Shown one piece after another: positions 39,101 to 51,303 of a stretch of DNA of 64,000 bases. Position 1 is the stretch's first letter. Every line of letters begins with the position of its first letter. Origin of the DNA: Sarea resinae (Eukaryota). The stretch lies in the NCBI GenBank assembly GCA_026026165.1, contig JAPEUD010000010.1:124001-188000 (forward strand), in the 5' to 3' direction. The notes below the pieces were generated by a model. The model was not told the origin of the DNA and ran no database searches. It was given only the letters and a program-made list of their open reading frames with translations. The position numbers and the translations under genes are program-made.

Positions 39101-40130
39101 GTACGTAGTAGGTGGGACGAGCCTAGGTAGGAGGTACTCCACCTTACTCTACTCTGCTTCAAATTATCCTCAGAGCGCTCCAACAACAATCGATCAACCC
39201 CACACGATAATGCTTCTGACGGCCCAGAAGTAGCGCCGGCGAGCTGCGCAATATCCCTCCGCTCTAGCTGATCATCGGCATCAATTTGCGCTCCAAGACT
39301 TCGGTACCAAGCGCTCTCCATGGCGTTTTAGCCAAATTTCACCGCTTTATCTCCGTACCGACTGCGCCCAACCTTGACGCCAACTAACATACAGCGTTCG
39401 ACGTGGGTAGGCGTCTACGAGCCGTGCATTCGTATTCTCTACTGGCTGTACACCGAGTTCAGTCCGCTACACATCTATCCTGGATCTGAGCCAAGCACAG
39501 GGAAATAGGAAATAGCCTCTCGACGACTGCTCTAGGCATCCGGGCTTGAGGATTCGGAACTCGTATATTTGTTACCATGTCCTACGGTCGAGCTTCGTCG
39601 TTGTTGCACTCCAGGCCAGAGGCGGGCCGGCATGCTGTGAAGCCCCTTATCTCACATCCTTGGCCGGGTTGTTAGAGTTCGATTTGTCGGGTACTCGCAT
39701 GCTTGAGCTGACCTCATCCTGTGTACTTCATAGAGATACAGTACTATGAGTAGATCTGCGACTGCAGGATCAGGCAGACAATTCAATCGATATGTCAGTA
39801 CATGGGACGTGTCTCATGCATCTACGGCGGATACTCGCGTGATCGTGTGTCAAATAACGTTCCGACTTGCTGTGTGGCCTAGCCGGAGCGATTGCCTGTG
39901 ATGGATTTTGAGAGGTTGAGTTGGAAGAGCCGTTACTACGTCGTATTGTACGGAGACATATCATCCTTATTGGTGGCTCGGTCATGTCCATTAGGTAGCT
40001 CGTGGAAAGCCCGTCCGTGATGAGATTATTGACGGAGAGCAGATACTTCCTTGGGAAGTTCAAACTTTGGATCGATGGGGTCGTTTTACGGCGCACTGCT
40101 ACTGCGTACGGTCCGGTATGGATGTTCGAG

Positions 40131-40158
40131 GTACGAAGTACGAAGTACGAAGTACGAA
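40131..40158. repeat. 7-bp tandem repeat (GTACGAA)x4
   Basis: gtacgaa gtacgaa gtacgaa gtacgaa read directly. Confidence 0.85.
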
Positions 40159-42199
40159 CAAGAGGTACAGCGTAGACTCCACTGCTTTTAATAATGGGCC
40201 CGTTTGGCGGCCACGTTTTTCGGTGTCGCTAAGGGACGCAGTGGTGCAGGACGAGGTGCTTTTACGGGTCCAATCTCCATCTGCCATCGGTCTCCATCCA
40301 TCGAGTAGTATCAGTATTATTACTGACCAGAGTGAGTTACGGAGTACTCCGTACACTCCGTACTACCAATTGCTTGCTCCATAAGGTCCCATCAGGTAAG
40401 GCATGGGATGCAGAGCGGAGTGACGGAGTTGCAGAGTGACACTGACACGGCAAGGGCAACCCCCAATGCGTTACGCAAGCGCGCAAAGAGACACTGCGAA
40501 CGAAGTATTCGCATCCGCCATGGCCCGATTCCACCACGGAGCACTCACCCACCATCCATTCCTTCTCCGGGACTGAGTCGAGTAGTATCTGGCCAAGTGC
40601 GAAGTATGAACGATCGTCGTGTCATCGTATCATCATTCTGCGACCATCTCCCTGGTCCCTGGAAGGCTGGAAGGGGGGCCCCATGAAGCCATGAAGGGGC
40701 CGAGGGCGCTTCAGACCCTCCCTCATGGAGTCTCGCAGCTTCTACTCTACGGCTCGTACGGGAGTCACTTACGGAGTACACAGTACTTACGGAGCACACA
40801 CTTACGATGTACGATGAGTAGGTACACACCTCACTACTCCGTACCTAAGTAGGCACTGCAGCGGCCCCTGCTCCCCGCTATTCTTGTCGTAGCCCCGGCC
40901 GGCAAGGCAAAGTCAGTCGCTCTGTACGGAGTATTCGTCCAGTCCCGCACTATTGGGTTGTCTGTCCCTCATGCTCTGCAGGGGCCATCTCGGTCATCTG
41001 TCGACGCGGATCTCCCTGGTCTTTCGTGTACTCCGTACTCCGTACTATGAGTACGTACTCCATCCCCCGTAGAGAGTACTCGTAGAGAGACCCAAACACA
41101 TGCATGGAATGCAGCCATGGTCGAGCGAAGTACTCCAGAGTACTGCGCAGTATCTGCGTCCACCAAGTAGGGTCGAGCACTGGCGGCGTTTCCTCGCATT
41201 GGGTTCCTGCCCGCCCAATCCGAGTCCTTCTTACATGCCGAAGTTCGGAAAGGTACCTTTTCCCTTGCTAGGAGTGATGATGTCGACTCCGGAGTACCTC
41301 TCTGTACCTTCCGGGTTGGCACTACTCCCGAGTACTAGGACGGCTACGACGACGACGACGACTCCAGGGCTACGACCACCTACTACTGGACGCCTCCACC
41401 CGACTCTCGTTGTCATTGACACACATGCTTGCGCAGGTTTGACCGCCTTCTCTTCCCCGAAAGGGGGCTTGAGACGGCGCATGGCCGCAACGCAACGCAA
41501 TGCGGTGCAGTGCCCTCGGATGTTTTGCCGCTGAAATCGGCTTCTACTCCATACATGCAATACCCTGCGCCGTTCTGCAGCAGGGCCACACCCTTGAACG
41601 ATTGGGGCGATTGCCCGTCAGCCCGCCTGCCCGTCTCATCTGCCCCCAAACCGGCCCATTGCTTGGCTTCCGCCAGCCATGTGCTCATCCTTTGACTTTT
41701 GCTGTCTGGCCGTCTTTCCTCGGACCCGCCATGCTGATCCCTGGCGTCAAACGGCATGCCATCCGGGATCAAGCTGGGGCACTACGCAGTAGATGCCATG
41801 TAGACGCTTGCTGACTTTGCGGCGCTTCGTGTTGCAGCTAGCTAGAGGGCTCGCCCGCTGCTGAGCATCTGCCAAGGAAGAATAAAACATCTTGGTCCCG
41901 CTAATTCTTGACTGATTGATATGAGTCTCACTCTCACGCTGAAGCATATGTCCTTCCTTGGACAGACTGATCACGATTGTCATTTTAAATCTTCACAACG
42001 GGCGTCAAAGCGGTCTTTGAAGGTATAACACCTGCTGTTGACGGCCTCTTACACCGCTAAACATCTACAGATTTTGAAATCTTGCTTTGATCTGGCCAGA
42101 TTCCTTGATTTCGCTATTACCCTCATCAGCTTGTCCTTGCGGCGTCGTTTCCGCGGGTTCCACCCTACATGAGCCAGAGCCTACCGAATCCCGAAGCAA

Positions 42200-43231
42200 A
42201 TGACACCTCTCCCATCGAGCCGAAAACATTCTCAAGCTTCTGGTAATATACTAGCCTGTCGTGGTGGAAAGAGAACACGCGTGTCCAAAGCAAATACAGC
42301 ACACAGCATTTCAAAGTCACAATACCTAAGGAACCTGGTATTGTCTGCATCCTCAGCAGTCCCACGAGACGCCATGCCGAGTTGGACAAACCAAAATCGA
42401 AGCGAGCAGGAACTGTATCCTTTGGGATCACATGGAATGGTTCAAGCTCCGATGGCGACCCACGTCACAGAAACCGACATCTCAGGATATCCCATGTACC
42501 AGCAGATGGGCCATATGCAAGAAGCATGTTCGCAGCCCTATCCATTGATAGACACCTCAAGAGCCGCGCAATTTCCATCAGACCTTCCCCAGAGCTACCA
42601 TGGTGGGGCTGTGACCATGCCATCGAATCCACCCACCGATCCAGAGTGTCAGGAGGCATACTATTGCTCAGGATACATGTTTCAGCCAGTACCTGAGCAG
42701 TACTCGGCAGCTTCACAAGATAGATGGACCGATGACACTCCTTATCACAATGCTTCGAATCCGTACTCTGGATACCAATATCAGACTACTCCTATGGGTT
42801 GCTATCCACAGAGCTCCTACCCTGCCGACGACATCTCTACGCTGTACGACCCACTCACCCCAATGGAACCAGAGACTCTCAAATGTCAGTACTCTCCAGA
42901 TATTGAAGAAGAGCCCTCGTACTACCGGGCGACGGAATTCAAAGAGTCGGGAAAAGAGCTAGTGGGAATGGGTTTATACGATGAACCGGAGAAGCCGACG
43001 CCTCGAACGTCATTGTTTAACTCTTATAACGCAGCATACACAGTTGCCCGGCCTGTCGTGCCCGCTCGCGAGAGGAAAGAACTGATGGGCAAGGGCCTGG
43101 TCCTGGAAGAAACGTGGCAGCCCCCTCTCGAGGACGCAGAAGCCGAGGACGATGACGAGTCGACGGAAGGGAGCGGAGAGGAGTTGCTGCCTTCGTTGGA
43201 CGGGTCTTTTGAGGATTTTGACCAATGGTGA
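42200..43231 (+). CDS. Fungal hypothetical protein (Y/P/Q/S-rich, acidic tail; possible regulator)
   Basis: Intronless 343-aa ORF. Basic RVSK segment near the N-terminus; motif-like GKELVGMGLYD and GKGLVLEETWQPP blocks that I recognise from uncharacterised Pezizomycotina proteins. Confidence 0.75.
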   Translation: MTPLPSSRKHSQASGNILACRGGKRTRVSKANTAHSISKSQYLRNLVLSASSAVPRDAMPSWTNQNRSEQELYPLGSHGMVQAPMATHVTETDISGYPMYQQMGHMQEACSQPYPLIDTSRAAQFPSDLPQSYHGGAVTMPSNPPTDPECQEAYYCSGYMFQPVPEQYSAASQDRWTDDTPYHNASNPYSGYQYQTTPMGCYPQSSYPADDISTLYDPLTPMEPETLKCQYSPDIEEEPSYYRATEFKESGKELVGMGLYDEPEKPTPRTSLFNSYNAAYTVARPVVPARERKELMGKGLVLEETWQPPLEDAEAEDDDESTEGSGEELLPSLDGSFEDFDQW

Positions 43232-44657
43232 CGGCGCCGAACCTGCTGGCCCGATACATATATATCTCTACTTCACAGTCAATCGGCATTTGCACCCACC
43301 GAAAGCAAAGCGACCTTTGTCTCGTTGCACATACGACCGGCGATACATCTGCATACGATTGGTTGAATCACATTCGTGTTCGCTAGACGAGCTACGGATT
43401 ACCAGATTCTTCAATCCAACTTCGTCTCGACCGGGTCTACAGATCTACTCGATTTCCAGGAGCTTCCTGGAGGCAGATGGGTCGAACCTCTTGATTCGTT
43501 CGCCCACGAAAAAAAAATCAACGGCTGCGGACGCGGACATTGGGGTCAGGGCAAGACGGGAGAGAAAGAAAGGTGGGCTCAGAGAGAGGGACGAAAGCTC
43601 TGCAGACATGCAACGGAGGAGGAGCTTAGATTGAAGATGGAATGGCATGGATTGGAGGCCCTGAGAGAGAGAGAGAGATCCTGAGGGCGGAACGGCGGAA
43701 CATGCATGCAATTGTATCTGTATCTGTATCTATCTGTATCTGACGGATGGGGAGAGAATGAGGATCGAGACCAAAGTGACGGATACCTGGAAATGAAACC
43801 GAGCGTGAGACTGGCCCCCTGAAATTGTGGCTGAAGCTGGCTATGAGATTGGACATGGGGGTCAAGTACTCTAGAGGGCCTGGGAGCAGCCCCAACAGGA
43901 GGCGCCACATGGGCCGCGTGGAGATGAAACTGGCTGGCTACCTACGGAGTAAATAGCATGGCTCCCTATACCGTGTTAGAGCTATATCAATTAAATCACT
44001 TCCATCCCCCTTCCTTCCTCTTGCTAGTGCTACCGTCTCCGTACTCTATTGATCTTGTCTACATCGTTCATATACGTCGCGAAATAGGTAAGATACCATG
44101 CATCTGGGTTGAATTTGAATTTGAGAGTGGAGATATGTGTGTAGATTAAAGCTCGGTATGAAATGCGACACCAGAACACGACAACTCACACCAAGCCATC
44201 GATCAGATGTCCGAATGCGCGTCTGCCGTGGACGGATAAATGGATGTATGGAGGACGTAGGTAAGGTAGGGTAGGTAAGGTCTAGTAGTACATTGTTTCG
44301 ATTTGGAAGTTTTTGGTAGTGTGGTTTCTTCGGCCGGCCCTCCCGACAATAATTGGCCCCCCACCAGAGAGATCAAAACAGAGAGTTTATACAAGCGGTG
44401 AAGATATCGAACCGGGCCTATTCCCCTTCTTACATACCAGAAGCAGAGAGATTCGAGGCCCTGCAATCCTGGATTTTCGTTTTGGCAGTTTCTTGTTTCC
44501 GATTCTCCATCCTGACATCTTCCTTTCTTCGCTCCGTTCTCCTTTTCCAAACACAGACGCGTAAGAGCGACTGTGTTCCACCAAGCGCCCACTCAGCCAG
44601 TTCCCACCAAGGTCGTCCCGACACCGATTCGAGCCGATCAGGTCAGAGCAGACTGGC

Positions 44658-46236
44658 TTACTTCAGAATGCGAGTGACGAGACCGGTGGCGACGGTGCGG
44701 CCACCCTCGCGGATGTTAAAGCGTTGACCGGTCTCCAGAGCGACGGGATTGTAGATGTCGCAGACCATCTCGACGTTGTCGCCGGGCATGACCATCTTGG
44801 AGTCGGCCTCTTCGGTGCCTTCGGGCCAGTTGAGGCAGGCAGCTTCATCTGCAGGACACAAGCAATGTAAGCGGGGCTATCCTCTTAGACAGAATGAGCA
44901 AAAGACCGGCTAGACTTACCAGCAGTGCGGATGAAGATTTGCGGTCGGTAGTTTCCGTGGAAGCCGGTGTGGCGACCGCCTTCCTCCTTCGTGAGCACGT
45001 ACATGGAGACCAAGAACTTCTGGTGAGCCTTGGCGCTTCCCGGGACGGCGATGATCATCCCACGCTTGACGTCCTCGCGGCGAACTCCACGGAGCAGCAG
45101 ACCGGAGTTGTCGCCGGCGCGCGACTCGTCACAGGACTTCTTGAAGGTTTCGATATCGGTGACCTTGGTCTTGATGGGGGTGGCGTTCTTGCCGACGAGC
45201 TCGACCTCGGAATCCTTCTTCAGGACACCACGCTCAACACGGCCAGAGGCCACGGTACCGCGACCGGGAATGGAGAAGACGTCCTCGACAGACATGAGGA
45301 AGGGCTTCTCAAGCTCACGCTGCGGCGTTGGAATCCACTCGTCCACGGCGTTCAAGAGCTCGTCAATCTTCTCAACACCGATCTCGGGTTGTCTATTCTC
45401 AAGAGCACAAAGGGCGGAGCCGAGGATGATGGGGGTCTCGTCGCCCTCGAAGCCGTAGGAGGAGAGGAGCTCGCGCATTTCCATTTCGACGAGTTCCAAC
45501 ATCTCCTTGTCCTCAATCGCATCAACCTTGTTGACGAAGACGACAATCTTCTGAACACCGACTTGGCGAGCGAGCAGAAGATGTTCCCGGGTTTGCGGCC
45601 TGCAAGACTGTCAGTCATCGAGACCTGGTTCACCAGGCAGCTAGAATCCATACATTTGACCATCGGAAGCAGCCACGACGATGATAGCACCATCCATGTT
45701 GGCAGCACCAGTAATCATGTTCTTAATGTAATCAGCGTGACCGGGGCAGTCGACGTGCGAGTAATGCCTCGCGTCGGTCGAGTATTCGATATGTGCTGTC
45801 GAGATGGTGATACCACGTTTCCGCTCCTCGGGGGCCTTGTCAATGGCTCCATACTCCAGGAAACTGGCGTAGCCCTTCTCCGCCTGTCTCTTGGTGATGG
45901 CCGCCGTCAAAGTAGTCTGCGAATATGATGAGTTTGAATCCCAATTGACTAGTTTGATGGATCCAATTCTTACCTTTCCGTGGTCGACGTGGCCAATGGT
46001 ACCTGATGATCCGTTAGTTCTCCACGTCTCGAGTATATCTCAGGACCCGGACGAGATGGCTTACCGATATTGACGTGAGGCTTGGACCGCTCGAAGGCCG
46101 TGGCCATCCCTCGGCATGCATCGATGACGCGGGCAGCATTTTGAGGTCTGCCCAGCGCATACTGCACGGGGTTTTGCCGCAGACCGGCACGGCTGCTGCG
46201 GAGAAAAGGAACAACGTACCGAGTGAAGGTCGACAT
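44658..46236 (-). CDS. TUF1: Mitochondrial elongation factor Tu
   Basis: Arg-rich presequence; [71 protein letters not shown]. Confidence 0.98.
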
Positions 46237-46923
46237 GATGAACAGCCTTCGAGGAGTGGAAAGGTGGGGGGGAAGAAGAAAAGGGAAATGGAGGGCGGAC
46301 GAGAACGGGAAGAGAGGTCTTCACAGCTGGAGTCGCCTCGAGTCTTGTCGCTCACGATAAAATTCTTAGCGTCGGCCGATGGCCTGCGCTGGTCACGTGC
46401 TCCCGCATCTTCCGAGCTTTCCCAGCCGGCGGTTCCCCCTTTCTCCGGACTAACAAACACGGGGAACCCCAATGATGCACGCACAGTGTACTTTTGTAGT
46501 CCTGTTGCGGGCCAACTAGATGAGATGAATTACTTTTCAGTGCTCCTACTGCGACGTATATGATCCAACCCTCTACCTACATTTTACATGAGTCTATAGT
46601 AGTGATACATTTGTGCCCGGAGTTTCGAAAAATGCCAAACACCCTCTAAAATAACATGAAGGAAGTAGAGATGACCAGATTACTCCGTGGATTCGTTTCA
46701 AAATTGGCCCAAGGAGAGTCTGCTCTGCTCGTGCTCACTGCAGGCCTTGTGAGATAACGGGTCCGTACAGCCAGCATCGTGATAACCAGACAGACTATCA
46801 GCGTCTGCTTGTCTGACTGTTATGTTGAGAAACCGAAGCGATAGCAATCCCCCTCATAGTTGCAAGGAATCCAGAGGTCGACCTCCGCAAGACCTCGGAT
46901 ATGCAGCCATGGCCATCAGCGCC

Positions 46924-47631
46924 CTACTTCTTCGATGGCCCTTCGAAATAAAGCGTGACCAGACCCAATATTTTCCCCTCCATGCTCTTCAATTCCTTGG
47001 TACCTTCCACTGCCATGGCCCGTTCTTTGATCTGTTTCAGCACGGCCTCAGCCTCCTCCGGCGAAGCTCTCCTGCCCTTGCCCTTTTTCTTCGATGCTAA
47101 GATGATCTCCACACGACGTCCCTGTTCGAGGAATTGCTGCATCTTGTCCAATCGGTGGCCCAGATCGTTCGGATCAATCGCCCAATTCAATTCAAGTTGC
47201 TTGCTTGAGCTTGACGGAGCCTTCGTTTTGGCCTTTGACTGCTTGCGTAATGACTCCCGAAATCTCGCTTTGCTAATGATCCTGCAAACGGGTGCTCGGT
47301 CTGCCTCTGGTGGGGCGACTTGAACGAGCTGGTAGGTCTTGTGATCAAAAGAGCGAAGAGCATCCTTGAGAGGCGTCACTGGATGAAAGGTGCCACTGTC
47401 GTCCACGATATGGATTTCCCTCGCCTCAATTTCATCGTTGACTGGCGGACGTTGGGGTTGAACGTAGTTTCGTCTTTGAGTGGACCTCGGAAAGTAAGAC
47501 TGAAAATTACTGCAAGGGTACTGTAGCGGTCGAGAAACGGAACAGATGGAAGGTCGAGGACGTTCAATTGAATGAACGACCACTTTATAGAGAGCTTCAG
47601 CGGCGCTGCTGATATGGCGCACCGAATGCAT
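46924..47631 (-). CDS. Mitochondrial translation initiation factor 3 (Aim23-like)
   Basis: First ATG 47631 with presequence-like N-terminus; IF3-N-like (NDEIEAREIHIVDD...PVCRII) and IF3-C-like (KQLELNWAIDPNDLGHRLDKMQQFLEQGRRVEI) segments. Confidence 0.85.
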   Translation of the reverse strand: MHSVRHISSAAEALYKVVVHSIERPRPSICSVSRPLQYPCSNFQSYFPRSTQRRNYVQPQRPPVNDEIEAREIHIVDDSGTFHPVTPLKDALRSFDHKTYQLVQVAPPEADRAPVCRIISKARFRESLRKQSKAKTKAPSSSSKQLELNWAIDPNDLGHRLDKMQQFLEQGRRVEIILASKKKGKGRRASPEEAEAVLKQIKERAMAVEGTKELKSMEGKILGLVTLYFEGPSKK

Positions 47632-47933
47632 GTCGCGAAGGCGGGGAGGCGGTTCGAGGGTGAGGGCGTCTCTAAGATTTTTGGTTCGGAAGGGTCGCGA
47701 TGAATGACGAAGCGGAGCTCTGTCAACACTTAGGACTGCGTCCGGTTGTGCACGGACCACATTATGGAACCAAGCACATCCAACCCTCCCTTCGAAATCT
47801 ACTGCGCACTTCGTAGTACTCTGGAATCATCCAGCCGTCTCGACATCTTCAGCAACGCAACATTGCTGGGCGTCAAATCTTTGCGACTTCCCCGCCCCTT
47901 GATGTATGCGCACACAATGACTTCACCCCCGAA

Positions 47934-48542
47934 ATGAGTCCTGCATTCACGGGCTTTGCGAAGCTCTTCTGGCCGTCTGGGCAATTCTTCGGGCATCCTT
48001 TTCGGACCCTCTGGACCACAGCACAGGTCCTATTTCTCGGGCACTTTATCAATCAATATGTCTTCACCATCTCTCCTACATTTGGGCCCAGCATGTTGCC
48101 CACGATAGCAGCTTCAAATGACTGGATCCTCACGTCGAGACTACACCGGAGAGGGAAAGGCATACGAGTGGGCGATGTTGTCAGCGTCAAACATCCGATC
48201 ATGTTGGGCGAAGGAGCTATTAAAAGAGTGATCGGGATGCCTGGCGACTTCGTCTATCGAGACTCCCCCGCTTCGGGGAACGATGTCATGCTTCAGGTGC
48301 GCCATCACTCTATCTACCACGGCCGCCCAGAGTCACCACCTCGTTGCCTGACTGATAACTCTTTCCAGGTCCCAGAAGGTCACTGCTGGGTAATCGGAGA
48401 TAACCTTCCTCATTCGAGAGATTCTCGGGTCTACGGACCTATCCCATTAGCTTTGATCAGAGGGAGAGTCGTTGCTCGAATAATCCCTTGGAATACTCGA
48501 AAATGGATGGAGAATGGATTGCAGTCACGTATGAGAGAGTAA
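47934..48542 (+). CDS. IMP1: Mitochondrial inner membrane peptidase subunit 1
   Basis: S26 peptidase motifs GPSMLPT, IKRVIGMPGD, QVPEGHCWVIGDN..SRDSRVYGPIPLALIRGRV. Intron 48297-48368. Confidence 0.92.
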   Translation: MSPAFTGFAKLFWPSGQFFGHPFRTLWTTAQVLFLGHFINQYVFTISPTFGPSMLPTIAASNDWILTSRLHRRGKGIRVGDVVSVKHPIMLGEGAIKRVIGMPGDFVYRDSPASGNDVMLQVRHHSIYHGRPESPPRCLTDNSFQVPEGHCWVIGDNLPHSRDSRVYGPIPLALIRGRVVARIIPWNTRKWMENGLQSRMRE

Positions 48543-48678
48543 TCAACGCCCTTTTTCGTGCGCCTGGAACCGCTGCGAGAACATCAACCCGTGGTTCCAA
48601 AGTTTCATTCAATGTACACCAAATGTACAGTAGATATAATACAAGTCTATTAGCGACCATTCAGATGTTGAACCTGCT

Positions 48679-49989
48679 TTAACGATATCGCGCGCCATCT
48701 TTCTTTTTGTATGGGAGAGGCTCAACCCGCTTCCTTCGGAACTCCACATCGGCGCCATCAACGCCTGCTCTTTCCATGACCCCTGCTGTTCCTTCATCCC
48801 ACTGCGAACGGAACATGTTCACGCCGACGGGACGCATTGAGTGCTTATCAACAAAACTTCGGAGATTGAAACCATCCCTCTGTAATTTCTCACGGACCGT
48901 CGTGACGTCGACAGTCTCTCCAGCTCTTTGTTGCAGCACGAAGACGGAGAGCCGGTGGTACGGGCTGCCCTTTTGAGCGAAGGGAGGTAACCACGGTAGC
49001 AGAATCTGAGTATCCTTGGATAATCTAGACAGCGGAAGTGAGGTCGAGGTAGGAGCGATTGGAATGTTCGCGGCAAGGAAATGACACCGATAATCAAACC
49101 CGTCCGTTGCAAGATTAGGAACGTCGGAGTCGACCACAGCGACACTGACCAGCCTTTCACCCTTGTCAAAGACTTGCACGTCAAGCTTCACCGGAACCTC
49201 ACTGACTCGAGAGTCGACGAATTGGCCAGGCTGCACATTGTGACGACGAAAAGCAAGGCGAACATCGGCAGTCGGGTCAATGTGAGGAAGGACATCTGGT
49301 ACGACGTTCATTTGGGAGATTCGTTGCACGATGAGATTCCGATGGTAAGAACGCCACTGCCGATCGGCAAGGTAACGGTATATTGGTCTGTTCATGTCGC
49401 CTGGAGCCAGAAGGTGAGCCATATGATCCTGTGTTCAATTAAGGTACGACTTACCTTGTCCGTCTTCAAATCTCTTTTTGATCATGGGGTCATTGATGTC
49501 TGCTAAGATCTTGAGCTCCTCCAGGTGCTTATGCATGCTCTTCAACCGCTGCTGCTTCTCCTTCTCTCCACCGCTCACTGCAGCATCCTGCGCCTGGACT
49601 TTTGCTATCCTGGCTCTTTGCACCGCAATCTGTTCCAGCTTCTCTTGTCGATCTGCCTGCAAAATCTTCCGCGCTTCTTGAAAACATTGGTAGGGTAGCT
49701 GCTCAAAGGGAATATTTGCAGAGTCCTGTAGGGCAGCCCGCCGTCTTCGAGACCCAATGGGCATTATGCCAGCTTTCATGAGCTTTTCTTCCTGGGTGCG
49801 CTTGATAACGAGAGAGGGATCAAGCTCAGCCGTGTTGGCTGGAGCGGGCTCTGGGGAGGCCTCATCGTAGGCAGTTGAAGCTGTTTGAAATTTGCGGATG
49901 GCGGCTTGACCGAACTGTCTTGACGGGGGTGCAAGGCCTTGTCGTAGATATGTGATCAAGGGCTGTACAGCTTTCTTGGTCCCTGCCAT
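48679..49989 (-). CDS. MRPL35: Mitochondrial ribosomal protein mL38 (YmL35, PEBP domain)
   Basis: [46 protein letters not shown]-like VDSDVP and QKGSPYHR. One intron. Confidence 0.93.
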
Positions 49990-50309
49990 TGTCGCTGTCG
50001 CTGAAAGCCTTGAAGGCGTACTGTTCTTTTATTTGTGCTGGTGTTGCTTTTCGGATTGCAAGCATTCGTCCATTTTCCACTGTACTCCGGAGTAGAAGTA
50101 ACCCCGTACTCAGTAGACGAGCTTGCTCGGGAAAGTTTTTGAGCCGCAGAAATTGCGCGCGCAGCTGCAAAGCCTTACCGTACCTACCATGTACCCACCT
50201 GTCTTCCATTCAAACGCTTCATGCCGTACAGAACGAAGCTGGCCCAATCTTTATAGCCACCACCACGAAAACACGTCCAATCGGCCTCGTAACAGCGAGC
50301 GCTTTCAGG

Positions 50310-51303
50310 ATGGCGTCAAGGGGGTTTTCGGGCTCTATTAAGAGCCTGAAGGAAGTCGCTTCAATGACCGGCGTGGCAAAGGATAGTCTCCGAGTATGCA
50401 AATCCAGTCGATTGATTATCATGTCGTTTTCTGACACCGGAAACAGCACCAATGCATAGCGCCACACATGTCGCGGACGATGGCCACCGAGACTCGTGTA
50501 CCGCAGGGCAAGGCCGCTCAATCTTCCTCTACTGCTCATGATCGAGGGTCGCCAATTGATCTCTCCCCTTCAGGTAAGAGGCTCTCACATAGCTTGCAAG
50601 CCTATCTCTGATGCTTAGTACCAAAGTCCTGACTACCATCTACAACTTCCCAACTATGGAGCCAATACGTTTTGAGCATTACCCTTCGAACCATCTGTTT
50701 CTCCCTCTTCGCCGGGACATCCTTCATAAAGCCGTCGTATTCGAGGGCGATAATACGCGGCAGGGCACAGCGAGCACAAAGTGGCGAGGAGACATCCACG
50801 GTAGTGGCCGGAAAATTCGACCGCAAAAGGGCACTGGAAGAGCTCGACTGGGAGACAGAAAATCTCCAATGCTCAGGGGTGGAGGTGTTGCTTTTGGCCC
50901 GCATCCAAGAGACTTTGGCACCGACCTACCCAGGAAAGTCTACGATTTGGCCTGGAGAACTGCTCTCAGCTACCGATACCGCAAAGGAGAACTCATTGTT
51001 GTCGAAGATGGAGCCGAGATTGAGTATCCGAAAACGAGATTTGTCAAGCAGATTTTCGAGAAGAACCACTGGGGCAACGCAGATGGACGGTCATTGGTGG
51101 TGACCCAGACTCCGCGAAAGAATCTATTTGCGGCGTTGCACGATGCAGGCGAAGACGGAAGGGTCCTGGAAGAATTGGATGTTGATGTAAAAGATTTGCT
51201 TGAATTAGGCAGAATCATTATTGAGAAGAGCGCTTTGGATGGGATATTGCAGGATCACCAGAGCGATCTGGTCAGAAGCGTCCCAACTGCTGCAAGTCTA
51301 TGA
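50310..51303 (+). CDS. YML6: Mitochondrial ribosomal protein uL4m
   Basis: MASRGF.. presequence; introns 50394-50446 and 50574-50626; L4 motifs RRDILHKAV, RQGTASTKWR, PQKGTGRARLG, RGGGVAFGPHPRD. Confidence 0.94.

Noticed and set aside
36200..42100. Many short ORFs, or a transposon relic
   Set aside because: No transposase/RT motifs, terminal repeats or AT-rich RIP signature; the ORFs lack coding-like composition.
44894..45928. 344-aa + strand ORF
   Set aside because: Antisense shadow of the strongly codon-biased TUF1 gene; no independent motifs.
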